From Amoebophrya sp. A120 (Eukaryota; Protista; Dinoflagellata), in the NCBI GenBank assembly GCA_905178155.1, contig CAJINV010000001.1, positions 9,817,865 to 9,881,864 of the forward strand: 64,000 nucleotides of DNA. The letters are read 5' to 3'. The notes under the pieces are model-generated. The model had not been told where the DNA came from, searched no databases, and saw only the letters and a list, made by a program, of their open reading frames with translations. Below are positions 24,601-36,091 of this stretch, one piece after another. A program made the translations under genes and the position numbers. Numbering within the stretch: the stretch's first letter is position 1; each line of letters starts with the position of its first letter.

Positions 24601-26420
24601 CCTCGTGCGACACGTCCGCGGCCTCGATGGCCTCCTGCGGGGACAAGTGCTCGGCGATCTCCGAGGAGAGCAACGCGGACTGGTCTTTCAGGTGCTCCAC
24701 GCCGTTCTCCGCCTCGCCCAGGTCGTCCAACGACTTCTCGACCAGGTCGCCCACCATCTTGGACCACAAGTCGCGCTGGCGCTGGGACACCTTGTCGCTG
24801 AATTCCTGGGTCTCCTTCAACGCGGAGTCAAGCTTGTCCCGGGCCTCCCCAAGTTGCTGCCGCAAGGAATCCACGGTTTTCGAATTCATCTGAAAAATTG
24901 ATGATGTTTCAGATACTTGATCAAGTTCAAGTGTAAGGAGGTACTAGTACTTACAATATGGATGCAATTTCCAATTTCTCTGCAGGTCCAAAATCAACAG
25001 AAGACGATCATGGAACTCGAAATGCATAGGCATAGCGTGAAAATAGTCAATTTTCGTTCATTACACCGAATCCAAAATAATTGCATTTCCATCCATTCAT
25101 ACCAGCGCGCTCTGTTCCAGCTCCTGGATTTTGCGTGTGTGCAGCGTCATAGCGGATCCCAAGGACGCCTGGGCGGCTTTCAACCCCTTTTCGATTTCCG
25201 CAGAGAACCGAGCCAGGTCCGCGGGCTTCATCACGTCCATCGCAAACAACTGCCCGGCGGCCTGCGAGTCCTTGACCCGAATGAAGGACCGTTCCGCGTT
25301 GCTGGCGGCCAGCACCGACCCGTTCACGGACTCAGACAGTTTGCGTTCCTGACGCGTCTGTTCCATAACCTGCTTTCGCTTCTCCTCTTGCTCCAAGCGC
25401 TTCGCCTCGTTCATTTGTCGCTGAGCTTCCATCTGGTCGATGCTTCCAGGAGCGGAGTTGCTCGGGTTCACAATACGCGTCTGCGCCAGCTTCGTGGGTC
25501 CCGCCTGACCAGCCTGTGCCTGAAACCCGGCTCCCACACCTTGGGTTTGCCTGTAGAGTTGTTGTAGTCAAGTGGCATCACTACATGATGTAGTACTATT
25601 TAGTACTTTACTTCCGAAGAAGGTAAATTTGTATCTGGTAAAACGAGACAAGCAGGTCGTGAAAGATGCAGATGAATATACAACAAAAAAACATATATTT
25701 CTTTACTGTGCATTCGTGTAACCGCCTGGCGCGTTCCACGCACCGCCCTGGGCAGGTGGCGATCCCATCGGGGGCTGTGCACCGCCGCACTGCTGCTGCT
25801 GCTGCTGAGCCTGGGCACCGCCGAGGGGCGCCATGTTGGGGTTGTTCGGGTTCTGGTATGCTGGGGTGGTCTTCTGCATCTTGGTTGCGGCACCACCAAC
25901 GGCCTCACCGGGTCGCTTCTCCGCGCCAGTGCACTTGGACAGAGTCACCTGGGGTGATAAGGAAAAGCATGGATCGAAATCGAATCAAGAACGAAACCTA
26001 GTATAGGTACATTATCAATGCACAAGGTCGTGACAATGATTCACGTAGATACGACCAATGGTGGCGAGCAAGTCGCAAGCAACCGCGAGGACTAATACTT
26101 CTATTCAAGAATGAAACACTGCGTACCTTCTTGTTGACATCTCCGTGCCAGGGAACACGCCAGCCGGAATGCGGAGGCATGTTGGATGTGGCCGTGGACA
26201 TGGCCCACACGTTGCTGCCACCGACTTCCGGGGCCACCCACCAACCGCGCAGCTGCACGCCATCACGTTCATCCCAGTAGTAAATCATCACGCTCTGGTT
26301 GCCCGAGTCGATCTTCTTGAAGGTCGGCTTCCCATGGTTCACGCCCGGGGCCCGCATATACGACCCGTTCAAGTCGAGGAGCTCCCCCTCGTACCCTTCG
26401 AATTTAATTTCGCCCGCCAT
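18685..26420 (-). CDS. Large coiled-coil protein with a Trp-rich N-terminal domain and several SH3-like modules, more than 12 exons
   Basis: N-terminal NHGKPTF...YYWDERDG...GWWVAPEVGG..VW...PP.SGWRVPW resembles a domain I recall from dinoflagellate hypothetical proteins. Repeated modules of the form RR.K.GE.V...G.P....VR.....DGK.GW.T. Exons join in frame through GT-AG introns plus the element at 21700-21969. The structure between 20300 and 21500 is unresolved. Confidence 0.8.
21700..21969. mobile_element. Introner-like TIR element, copy 1 (270 bp, TSD GCTCT)
   Basis: Left end TATGGATTGCAAATATGTCTGGGTCTGGAAG; right end CTTCCAGACCCAGACATATTTGCATTTGATA. GCTCT at 21695-21699 and 21970-21974. Removal joins ...LNNVKS|YLQKREIRF in frame. 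Confidence 0.92.
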
Positions 26421-27752
26421 TGTCGTTTAAGTTGACAGTTTTTTGATTTTTCTTGGAAAAAATAGAACAAGAACTCAAGAATGACAGGAGTAAAGAAAGA
26501 GACTTACTACCCAGGTTCAAAAAAAAAAAGATGCAGGAGCAAATTTGACCCTAAAAAATGTTGTTGTGAGAATGAGTTTTTTTGAGCGCGGATCAAGCCC
26601 GTCGCATCAGAAAGGTCACTTCTTTTTTTCAGAATGATCAAAAAACTTTTATAGCAATGGCAAAGGATCGACGTTCGTTAAATTCGGCTGTAAAGTGCAG
26701 GCACTCGACCTGGTAAGGCGTTTTGGGTGGAAAAATTGATCTGAAAAGTCCCAGATCGAAAATAAAAAAATCACGGTAGAATGACGGATCTTGGTTTGTT
26801 ATTCTTAACGACTTTTCTTATAGATACGAAATTGCGCTTCTTTGCGTTCTTGCTTATGCTGTAAACGGAAAGATCTCTTCGTTCGCCTCGTTTTGCTATC
26901 TGCTTGAGGAGCGGAGATAAAAATACTTTCGAAAGCATGTACTTTTGACTCGATCTGTCTGTCTGGACACGAAATTCGCCGGGGGTGCGATGGGGAAAAA
27001 GGCTAGATGAAAAATCAATGGAGCTGTCAATGATTTGAGTTGGATGTTTGTGTTAGTTGCATTGGCAATTCGGATTTTGACGTCACAGAGGAACAAGCGA
27101 TATGATCTACGTATTTGCTGGAGGATCTTCTTCTGTTTCGAAACCAATTTGAAAAAAATGCTCGTTTATTTTGAAGTACCACTTGAAATTCCATGATCTC
27201 AACCAAATGAACGAGGACCGACACTTGATCGCATGAATAATCTCTTGCTGCAGGTGGAACATTTATTCCGGTTTTCTGCTAAGCACCACCACGGCACGGG
27301 CTAGCAGGGCATAGGGGCCTAATTTGTTTACTTTTGCTTTCTGTCTCTGTGCTGGGTTCTACGACTTCTGCTTGAGCACTCAAGAGGGACTAATTTCCAT
27401 GTACGAGGAGCGCAAGCATGGTCGCGCAAGAAGGCACAACACTTGTACACGTTGGCTATTGGGGTTAAGACCTTCTTTTTTTCTTCTGACTGTGTCACTA
27501 GCAAATGAGACTTTGCCAAGAGGAACAGAATGGAGTTGAAATTAGCTCTCGCAATTAAATTTTTGTATCGGGCAGTAGTGCATTCTAACAAGACCTAGAA
27601 CTTGGACAACTTGAACTTCCAGAAGTTTCAAAAGCTGTCGCGAGGACCACAACATCATAGTCAAATGCACGAAACCGTAGATAAAACGAAAGCCACCGTA
27701 GCAGCGGCGCGCCTGCTGTTGAAACACGACTCCAACTTTTGCTGCGCCGGGG

Positions 27753-30054
27753 CTACGCACAGATACTGTTGAAATTCTGCTGTGCGGCGTGCCACTTATT
27801 TTGCGGGGCCACCGCGTAGGGGTGCGCTGGGCCGCAGAGAATCGCGAGCTGGCACTGCGATTTCCGGTACATATTGATGATTTCCGCGTAGCGCGACCCC
27901 GAATTCCGATGGTTTTTCCGCGTCGCCGCGAGCACCGCCGCCCCGTGGGACGAGGCGCCCATGAGCTTCTTATAGTTCGCCGCTTGCTGGATCTGCTTCT
28001 GCAGGTCGTCGGCGAGCTCTTCCAGCCCCCAGGCCCACACGAACGTGGGGCGCGGGTAGACGCGCGCGTGGTACTGGACCTTACGTTGGGCGTGGATCAT
28101 CGCCACGTCGTTGTCCCTCTCCCGGTAGTACTCCCACAGCAAATGGTCGCACACAAACACGCACCAGTGGTTCTCGTGGAAAAAATCCAAACTTGCGTTG
28201 TACACGAGCTCCACGTCGTTCGGGTTGTTTTTGTCCAGCTGCTCGATCCGAGCCACGTACTCCGGCTCTAGGGACAGGCACTGCTCCTTTTCCGCGTCCT
28301 TGCACGCCTCCGCGCACACGTCGCACGCGGTGAGCTGGGGCGTGCTCCCGTTCTCGACGAAGTAGTGCGCCCCGCTGCGGCATTTCAGACACCGGAAGCC
28401 GCGGCACACGTCCACGCGGAGATTGCAGCGGCTGCAGGAACAGCTGTTTTGTTTTAGTGATTCGTGCTTCCGATTCGTTTGATGCTCTTTTGAATTTTAT
28501 TTCCACTTTTTTATTATTTGTTTCGCGAGCGATGTTAACGCTACAAGCCATGAAAATCTAGATGATGATAAACGGAACGAGACTGACTAGGGTGTAAAAA
28601 TGAAAACGGAATCTAGCACGGGATAATTATACCGGAATTTCCAATTTTCCAGTTTCTTCCGTCTGACATTCGTTGACTTCAGCAGGTCTTCGTCCTGTAA
28701 ATACGATATCGTCACTTCCGCTCCTGGCTGGAGTGTGACGCGCGCTCGCAAGACGAACGACTCATCGTCTCCGTAGGTCCAACAGCAGGTGGGATCGCAG
28801 CCGTGCGCGGCCATACTGATCCGGTTGTAGAGCACCAACCCGTCCTCGCTGTGGTGTCCGAAGCTGTTGTACCGCCACGCGTTGACAAGGTTCTGCAGCA
28901 CGCGCCCCGTGAGTTGGGCGCGGCCCGGGGGAAGCGACAAGCTGGGGACGGAGTCGAGCAGTTCCAATATTCGAATCACGTCTCGTGAAGTTTCTTCATT
29001 TTCCCCATCCGGGACAAATTTGTCGAGCACGACCTGTTTTTGAAGAGAGAAGTTGGATGAACCCAATTTCAGTTTCTTCATTATGATTCCAGCAACCCGA
29101 AGATGCGGAGTACCACGATCGCTCAATGCGCAACAAACTGAAGCACTTATTTACAAGTGGTCTTGTCTTTACTACGGAAATGCAAATGCGGCTGGCAGAA
29201 GCAGGGCGCGCGTACGACGTGTACAAAAGCGATGGGCGGCAGCTGCATGCTTCAAGTCTCGCTGTTGTACTGCCCTCACGCAGACGGCGCGGCCCTGACA
29301 CAGTAAGCAGAAGCACAGAATTACGTTTCATAAATCCGCTTCACCATGAATATTTGCACTGTCGTTGGATCAATTTGAGTCCGGCGATGAAGCAGAAACA
29401 CAAGAACAATTTTACTTTCACGTCTGCGTCCTCCAGGGTAAACCAGGTGAGCACGGCTGCGTAGTGAAAGCTGGTGGTTCCTAGCTGGAAGGCTTCTTTC
29501 TCATTTTCCTTCACCAAGGCGTCCCAAAAACCTCGATTTTTCGATGGTATTGCCACGAGTGTGGGCTTCTCGATGAAGAGCACCGATCCAGACTTTACGT
29601 AGTGTCGGGTGAAAAGGCACCTCCCCTTGCCGGGGAGGTCCTCCACGAAGCTCGAATCTTCGATCTGCTGCCAGGACGATGGTCGACTGTCGTCCGTGAC
29701 CTGCGCAATGTGAGGATGCATTCTGCTCCTGTTTGTTCTACTGCTTCGACCAACAAAGGAAAAAAGTATTAAAGTCTGTTCAGTGCAGAATAACATGATC
29801 TTCGCAGAGTGGACTGTACTAAGTTCGACGCCTTCCAGACTGTAATGCTGCTATACCTTGACAACGTCTTTGATATCGACCACTCGGTCGTTCGTGTCAC
29901 CGTCGTCCCATGCGACAGTGACTTTTGTGTCGTCGATTCGTTCCACCACAGCCAGGTACCAGCACCCGTTGCCTGGCCACCTGGCGTGGACACGATCCCC
30001 CATCTGCAGCGCTTTCCGCTGCGAAGAAGACGAAGAGCCGGACATCGGAGACAT
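27753..30054 (-). CDS. Tudor-like + SET domain (SMYD-type) lysine methyltransferase, 4 exons
   Basis: Tudor-like GDRVHARWPGNGCWYLAVV...VAWDDGD. SET motifs GKGRCLF, YNRISMAAHGCDPTC and EVTISYL. Post-SET F.CSCSRC is formed across a GT-AG intron, followed by a helical C-terminal region. Confidence 0.88.
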
Positions 30055-31692
30055 CGAAATAAACTTTCGTCGTCGGCGGTGGTCAACGTCTTCTGTTCAT
30101 CGGTTCAGACAGAAGCAGAACTTTGGTCTTTGCGAGTAGTGCAGTTGTTTGTACTTCTCGGCACAACTCGATGAAGAAATTATAGGTCGTACAAGATCTC
30201 GATATAATTCTAGCACCTTTGCTTCTCGAGCGAGTGCGAGTAGAAGTAGATATCCTCCTCGGTAAAATAAGTAACTAACGAGGTCGGCAAGAAAATGCAC
30301 GGAGCGAGGCAACCGTGCTGGCGTTCCTGCCGATTTGTGTCGTAACAAACGAACTCTTCTGTGCAGCCCCGGGGCGGAAGAAGAGCTCAAAAAGTCGCGA
30401 AAGCGCAATCACCGAAAGTGGCTGTGGCGGTAAGTGCGCAATACTTGGGCGAAGTGGTCATCTCGGAAAGGTTGAAGACGTTGTGTTTGTTCTTCGTGCC
30501 GAGACATGCTACTTTCTAAATCTATGTCCTTGTAGATAGTAGAGATACACATAAATCGCAGATAAATCTGATAGATAATTACACGGACCGGTGAAAAAAC
30601 GAATCCGAACGAGCAAGTCCGCAGCGAATCGAAATCATTTGACGTCGGTACGGAGATGCTGTCTGGAAAGGCTTTCCGTTGCTTCTCCGAATACTTCGAA
30701 AAATCTTCGTGGTTTGCTGTACCAACACACGAGAAGCGGGTGATAGTCTTTCAGAGGACACAACGCAGTACTTGTTAATACTTGTCCAAAGTTGTTTGAT
30801 TCGTATATGCTACTGATATGGCTATTTTGTAGTGAAAATAAAATGCGTCTAAAGACAATAGTGCACGACTCAAGCGGTGTATTTACGTGTGCTGTCTACA
30901 TCCCAAACAGTTTCTGTCGTGCAACGGCAACTCTTGATAGGAGCTACAGTTTCAGAAATTCCGTAAGGATGAGAAGTGTTTTGCGTGTTGAGATAAGATG
31001 AACAAGATGCCACTACGTCTACAAGAAAAATTGGTTCAGAGGTATCCTACGGCTCTAGTCACAGCAAAGGCTCTACGTTCCACTTAGACTATACACACAG
31101 TGCAGCCTAGTGGCTGCACACGTACTCCAGCTGACACGACCTGTCGATGTTTGAGTTTGGCAAAGAGAATTGGATTTTGTTCATGTGATGAATGTTGAAA
31201 ATGACGTAACATGGACAGTACGTTCTCAATGCTGACAACTTCACATGGTGTTGACGATGAAAGTAGCACATCGGACTGCGTTTTGCCTCCACTGCAAGTG
31301 CTTCGGCGCAACGCTAATCAATCGGAAGGTCAATGTGAAGATCGCTAAATACATTATACATAAAGATCCTCACTAAATTAGTTCTAGCCTGAAAATGGAA
31401 CACGCGACGCTGCTGTGACGAAGGAGGAGGTCACACTCTCTGCTCCTGCTCTTTTCTTTCACTGACACATCCATGCGATACAGTACCTGGTCGCATTTAC
31501 TTATTATAGCCACAGTGCGTAAAAGCACAGCTATGGAATCGTTGAAAACTGAGCATGTAATCGATGGTGCTGCTACGGATTTAATCCTTCTGCTGCAGTT
31601 CAGAGGTGCGCTTGCCGACAGAGTACGTACTGTGTGGGAGTTCATTTCGCTTCTGGGCCCTAATTTTCAACATCTCTTTCAAGCAGTACTCA

Positions 31693-33405
31693 CTATCCAG
31701 CTGGCAAGTCGGTCACAGCAAGAGTTTCCTCCAAATTTTCATCCTGGTCCGGTGGTGGAGCTGTCTCGAGATTCTCGGCACCGCTTTCTGCCGCCGGCGG
31801 AGGTTCATTCGGGTTGTCTGCCTGTCCCTGCTCTTGGTCTACTCCTGCGCCAACGTCAATAACGAGCTCACCTTTGTCGGTGGCTGCAACATCAACATCA
31901 TCCCCTGCAGTTGTAGGTGCATCATCTATTCTTGCTATGTCCTCCATCTCTGGGGTTCCATCTGGCTGCAGAGGGTTTGGATCTGGGGGCGGTTCTGCGG
32001 GAGCACCACAGCAGCAGCAGCAGCAGGAACGGCGTCGCCGAGTCGCGGTTGAACTCTTGCCGCGCGAGAACCGCATGGACAACGCCTTGCCCATTCGCCC
32101 CGTCATGGATTTCGCTTTTTTCCTTTCTTTCGCTCGGATGAGCCCGGCCTTAAATTTGTCGCACGCCTCCCGTACGAGATTGTCGATGCGCTCTTGCCGT
32201 TGTCGCTTGCCTTCCTCGATCTGTGCTCGCATCATCTCCAACACCTTAAGCTCTACGTTGAAGAGATACGTCGGCTTCGTCCGGCTCACCAGCGGCATTT
32301 CTTCGCCAGTCCTGCGCTTGCGCCGTTTCCGTCTTTCTAGCAGTATGAGGAATTTCTCCTTCGCCTCCTGCACCTTAATGTCGCGTCTCTCGTTCACACT
32401 TTGCCGCCTGCGCTCAATCCCCTTCGCCAACGCTTCCAGGATCTTTTCCTGCGAGAGTGACAGGTGCGTCGGTCGCGTTTTCTTCACCGGCATTTTCCTT
32501 GACCGCTTCTCGTCCGCTTCCCCAAGCGCGTGCACCTGCACCTCAACTTTCAAGTCCATCACTTCGCCCTCGGCCACTGGCTGCTTCGAGGATTGTTTTT
32601 TGCCTCCAAACATACCACCAAACCGACCCCGCTTCTTTTTCTCTTCTTCTGCTTCTTTCCGACGTCGCTCCTCCTCGCGTTCCCGGGCTCGCTTCTCGGC
32701 CATCAACCTGACGCTCTCTTCGCGCGCGTCGCGCTCCGCTTGAAACGCGGCTTGCTTCGACCGCTCCTGGCGCTGAATCGTCCGCGCCGCAGTGTTGCGC
32801 CGGCGCTCTTCCGCTTTGCCATACCGCACCTGCTGCTGCTGGTTTGCGACCTTTTCGCGCTGCGCCCGTTGAATCGTCCGCGCGGCGTGGTCCTTCTGCA
32901 TATCCTGCGACTTACACAGCCGAAACGCGTAGTCCGCTCGCGCCTGCTCCTCGCGATCGGCAATCCGCTTTTGCTTGTCTCGGTTCGCCTTCTGGATGGT
33001 TCTGGCCGCTTTGTCCTGCCTCAATGCCTCGGCCTTGCGCCGTTGCCCCATCCGCCACTCCACGTCTGCTTTGGTTCTTCCCTGCTTGTCCCGCGCTCCC
33101 CGCTGAATGGTCCGCGCCGCTCGATCCTGCCGGAACGCAATCACCTCGTCTTTCGCGTCGTTTGCGAAACCAAACGGGTCCTCGTCGACGTCCTCCATGA
33201 AGACGACCCCGGGGCTGTACGACAGCGGCATCAACGGATCCTCCCGCCCCGCGGAACGGGGCGTGAAATACCCGTCAAACTCCGACGGCAACGGCAATCG
33301 CGTGGTGTCCGGCTCCGTCGCGCTGTCCAGCGGGAGCCTCGCACTGGAGCACACGCTTCGAGGAGTATCCCCCATCCGGAAATACGAGAACATCGCACCG
33401 AGCAT
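31693..33405 (-). CDS. IQ-like repeat coiled-coil protein (570 aa, intronless)
   Basis: Four AARTIQ(R/K) motifs, a duplicated ~60-aa helical module, a polybasic stretch followed by Cys6, and an acidic tail. Confidence 0.8.
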   Translation of the reverse strand: MLGAMFSYFRMGDTPRSVCSSARLPLDSATEPDTTRLPLPSEFDGYFTPRSAGREDPLMPLSYSPGVVFMEDVDEDPFGFANDAKDEVIAFRQDRAARTIQRGARDKQGRTKADVEWRMGQRRKAEALRQDKAARTIQKANRDKQKRIADREEQARADYAFRLCKSQDMQKDHAARTIQRAQREKVANQQQQVRYGKAEERRRNTAARTIQRQERSKQAAFQAERDAREESVRLMAEKRAREREEERRRKEAEEEKKKRGRFGGMFGGKKQSSKQPVAEGEVMDLKVEVQVHALGEADEKRSRKMPVKKTRPTHLSLSQEKILEALAKGIERRRQSVNERRDIKVQEAKEKFLILLERRKRRKRRTGEEMPLVSRTKPTYLFNVELKVLEMMRAQIEEGKRQRQERIDNLVREACDKFKAGLIRAKERKKAKSMTGRMGKALSMRFSRGKSSTATRRRRSCCCCCCGAPAEPPPDPNPLQPDGTPEMEDIARIDDAPTTAGDDVDVAATDKGELVIDVGAGVDQEQGQADNPNEPPPAAESGAENLETAPPPDQDENLEETLAVTDLPAG

Positions 33406-34408
33406 GGTGGAGGAAAAAGTTCTGAGCCTGCCAGCAAAGAGTCTAGGGAAAGTGTATCAAAGGATTCATTTTCAAAACGTGCACAATGCGCGGAATGAAT
33501 GCTAGTACTAGTTTGAGTTTCGACATCGTCCGCAAATACTTGCGTTACAATCAGAAATAATGTATGTGTGCGCGGTGACTAAGACTTACTAAAAGTGGTA
33601 GCACTAGCATCACATGCTGAGTACAAAAAGTGTTCATATCCTAATAGCGTGCGCGCACGGGCGCAACGACCGCGTAGTGTAGGGGATTTCTATCTGGTTT
33701 CCTGGATTGTAGTTCCAAGGGGTTTTCGCGGGAGGAAACTGTGTTTCAGATGAAATTGAAATCAAATATCTAATTGTTGACGAAATTCCAACTTCATCAT
33801 CGCCGGTGCAACTGCAAAAGCGCTATGAGTCTTACTTTACATACTAGAAGCGCTAGATGAAGGTCCTTGAACGATTTCACGATGTCATAAATTGCACGAC
33901 AACCGAAACAAAGTGCTAGTTCTAGTTGTACTGTTGTTTGCAAAACACAGCCGCGCACCGACTTCACAATCGGCGAACCGATTGTGTTGGGTACGACTTT
34001 CTCACGAACCGATCGATGTTTTGTCATCTCTTTTGTGTGTATTCTTCATCTACCTCCATCTGTAGGTAAGGAAGTGCTAATAAGACGGTGGCAGCAGACC
34101 GATAGAAGATGCCAAAATCCTTCTCTTCTTCATCACCATACAAACTTTCGTTCGCGGCAAGTGGCTAATTGCGTTTTCGCGAAAACGAACACTGTTAGAA
34201 CCTAAAAGTGATGCTTGACGTAGCTAAGTACAGAAGCCATCGGACTGAGAGAGTGCGTTCATTTAACTGGTGGCGACGCCAACCGCCAATCACACTTGTG
34301 GTGCCTTGCCGAAGCATGCACACAAGATACTCGCAGCAGCCGGCCTGCTTAAACGGGGCCATGGGTGAGCCACATCCATCAGCGAAACCGCATCTTCGTC
34401 AATGAACA

Positions 34409-35818
34409 CTATAACACGGCGGTCGGATTAACGGGCACACAGGCCCGGCGCCAGCCGCGGGCGGCCAGGCAACAACAGCAGGGCTGGCAGAACGCCACAA
34501 ACCGCGCGCCCTGCCGAAGACGTGCGCGGCAGGCCCCGGCGGCCCTTGCGCACTACGAAACTCCTGCGCGCGCGCCAGCCTACCAACCACGAGCAGGGGC
34601 GGGGGCCCCACACCCCACGGCGCCGCAGCCCTGTCGCCGCGCGGTGCCCGCCGGGCTGAGCGGGCCGGGCCCCCGGGGCCAGCGCGCCGGCCCCGACGGA
34701 CGCGGACCCGGCGACCGCGCGCAACCTTTCTGGGCAAACCCAACGCGCCACGCTGCGCGTCCCTGCATTGATTCCTTCCTTCGCGAAGGCCCGCGGCGCA
34801 TTCCAGGACACCCACCGGAGTTTTCTCGCGGATCACACGGCCCCGGGAGGGCAGCGATCGCGTTCGCGAGAACACGCGCCACCGCAGAGGTCCCGGGCCC
34901 GTCGGGCGCAGCTACGCTGATGCGGCGCACACGTCCGGAGAACGAGCACGCGCGGGCTTCTTTACGCAACGGGGGCCACGAGGGTGCAGCCACGCAAATA
35001 CAGCATCGCGAGCGCCTCGCTTTTCCGCGGGGGCGCCAGCCGAATTGTGGGCAGGCACCCAATGGATGCTCCCAAGGCCCAACCGGGGCCGGCGCGTTGG
35101 GCGAGTCGCGCCGGCCCGCGTTCGGCACGATTGCCCGGGCGTACCCCCGGCGGGCGACCGGTGGCGCCGAGGTCTCCCTTGGTCTGCGTCTCCAGCTGCG
35201 CCAGGATGAGTGCCGACGGATCTAATGCGCGCACGCTAAAGCCGTGCTGCTCGAGATACGATCTGAACGCCAAGTACCAGCACCATGGTGCGTCGGCCAG
35301 TTCGTAGACTGACCGCCGGCCGGCCCTGCCCTGCCCCTGCCCCGCCGCCGATGGTTCGCACCGGAATAGCCGAGGTCCCCATAGGGGTCGGCCATGGGGA
35401 ACAGCAGCCCTTTCCGGGCGCCCGCAGCCCTAGCGGCCGGGCCGCTGCATGGCCCGCAACGTAGCCAGTCGCGGGGCCTCTCCTCTTTCCTAGAAGGCGG
35501 CCGCTTAGCTACTTCCTGCCGATCCGAGTCGGGCCGGCGCAGCAAGGCCCCCGCCGGGCGGGCAGCGTAAGTACTGCGCGCCCTCAGTTCTGCGCGCCCC
35601 GTGCGGGCAGCGTAAGCACTCGCCAAGGTACGACGCAAACGCGCTGCAAGTCGCCGACAAGCAGCCCACTCCGCGCATCCGTCTCGGCGAGGGCACCAAC
35701 CGCCGGCCCCGCCGAGCGGTAGACGAGCACCGCCAAGCGGCAGAAGCCAAAAACGCCCGGCCCGCGGCGCTTAAGGGCGCCCCGAGGGCGGCGGCGCGTT
35801 CTCGTCTGCACCTATAGA
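34409..35818. mobile_element. GC-rich 1.4-kb island, probable composite non-autonomous element
   Basis: Very GC-rich with abrupt borders. CTATA occurs at both ends (34409-34413 and 35812-35816). Internal TCTAATGCG at 35221 is followed by hairpin GCACG-CTAAAGC-CGTGC. ORFs are only Arg/Pro/Gly/Ala compositional artefacts. Confidence 0.5.
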
Positions 35819-35845
35819 GACGGCCGACGCGAAGAGTTGCGGAGG

Positions 35846-35866
35846 ATCATCATCATCATCATCATC
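35846..35866. repeat. (ATC)7 microsatellite
   Basis: Seven tandem ATC units read directly from the sequence. Confidence 0.9.
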
Positions 35867-36091
35867 TTCAACCAAGAACGACCTAGCTGCCTTCGCAGTT
35901 GATGGAGGAACACATCTGAGCTTGTTGGAGAACCTAACTGACGCCGAGGCAGGTGACGAACTTTAGCTTGCTTGTGTTATATTACGCGACAGCTGTGCTC
36001 AAAACTATGGGCGAATCGACTTACAGTTAATGATCTTGCCAGTTCTTCACACCACTTTCACTTTGCGCACCGTTTTTTTTCACGTGAAAAA

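Noticed and set aside
34365-35811. Overlapping ORFs up to 286 aa in the GC-rich island
   Set aside because: Arg/Pro/Gly/Ala-rich in all frames with no domain, as expected from stop-codon scarcity at high GC.
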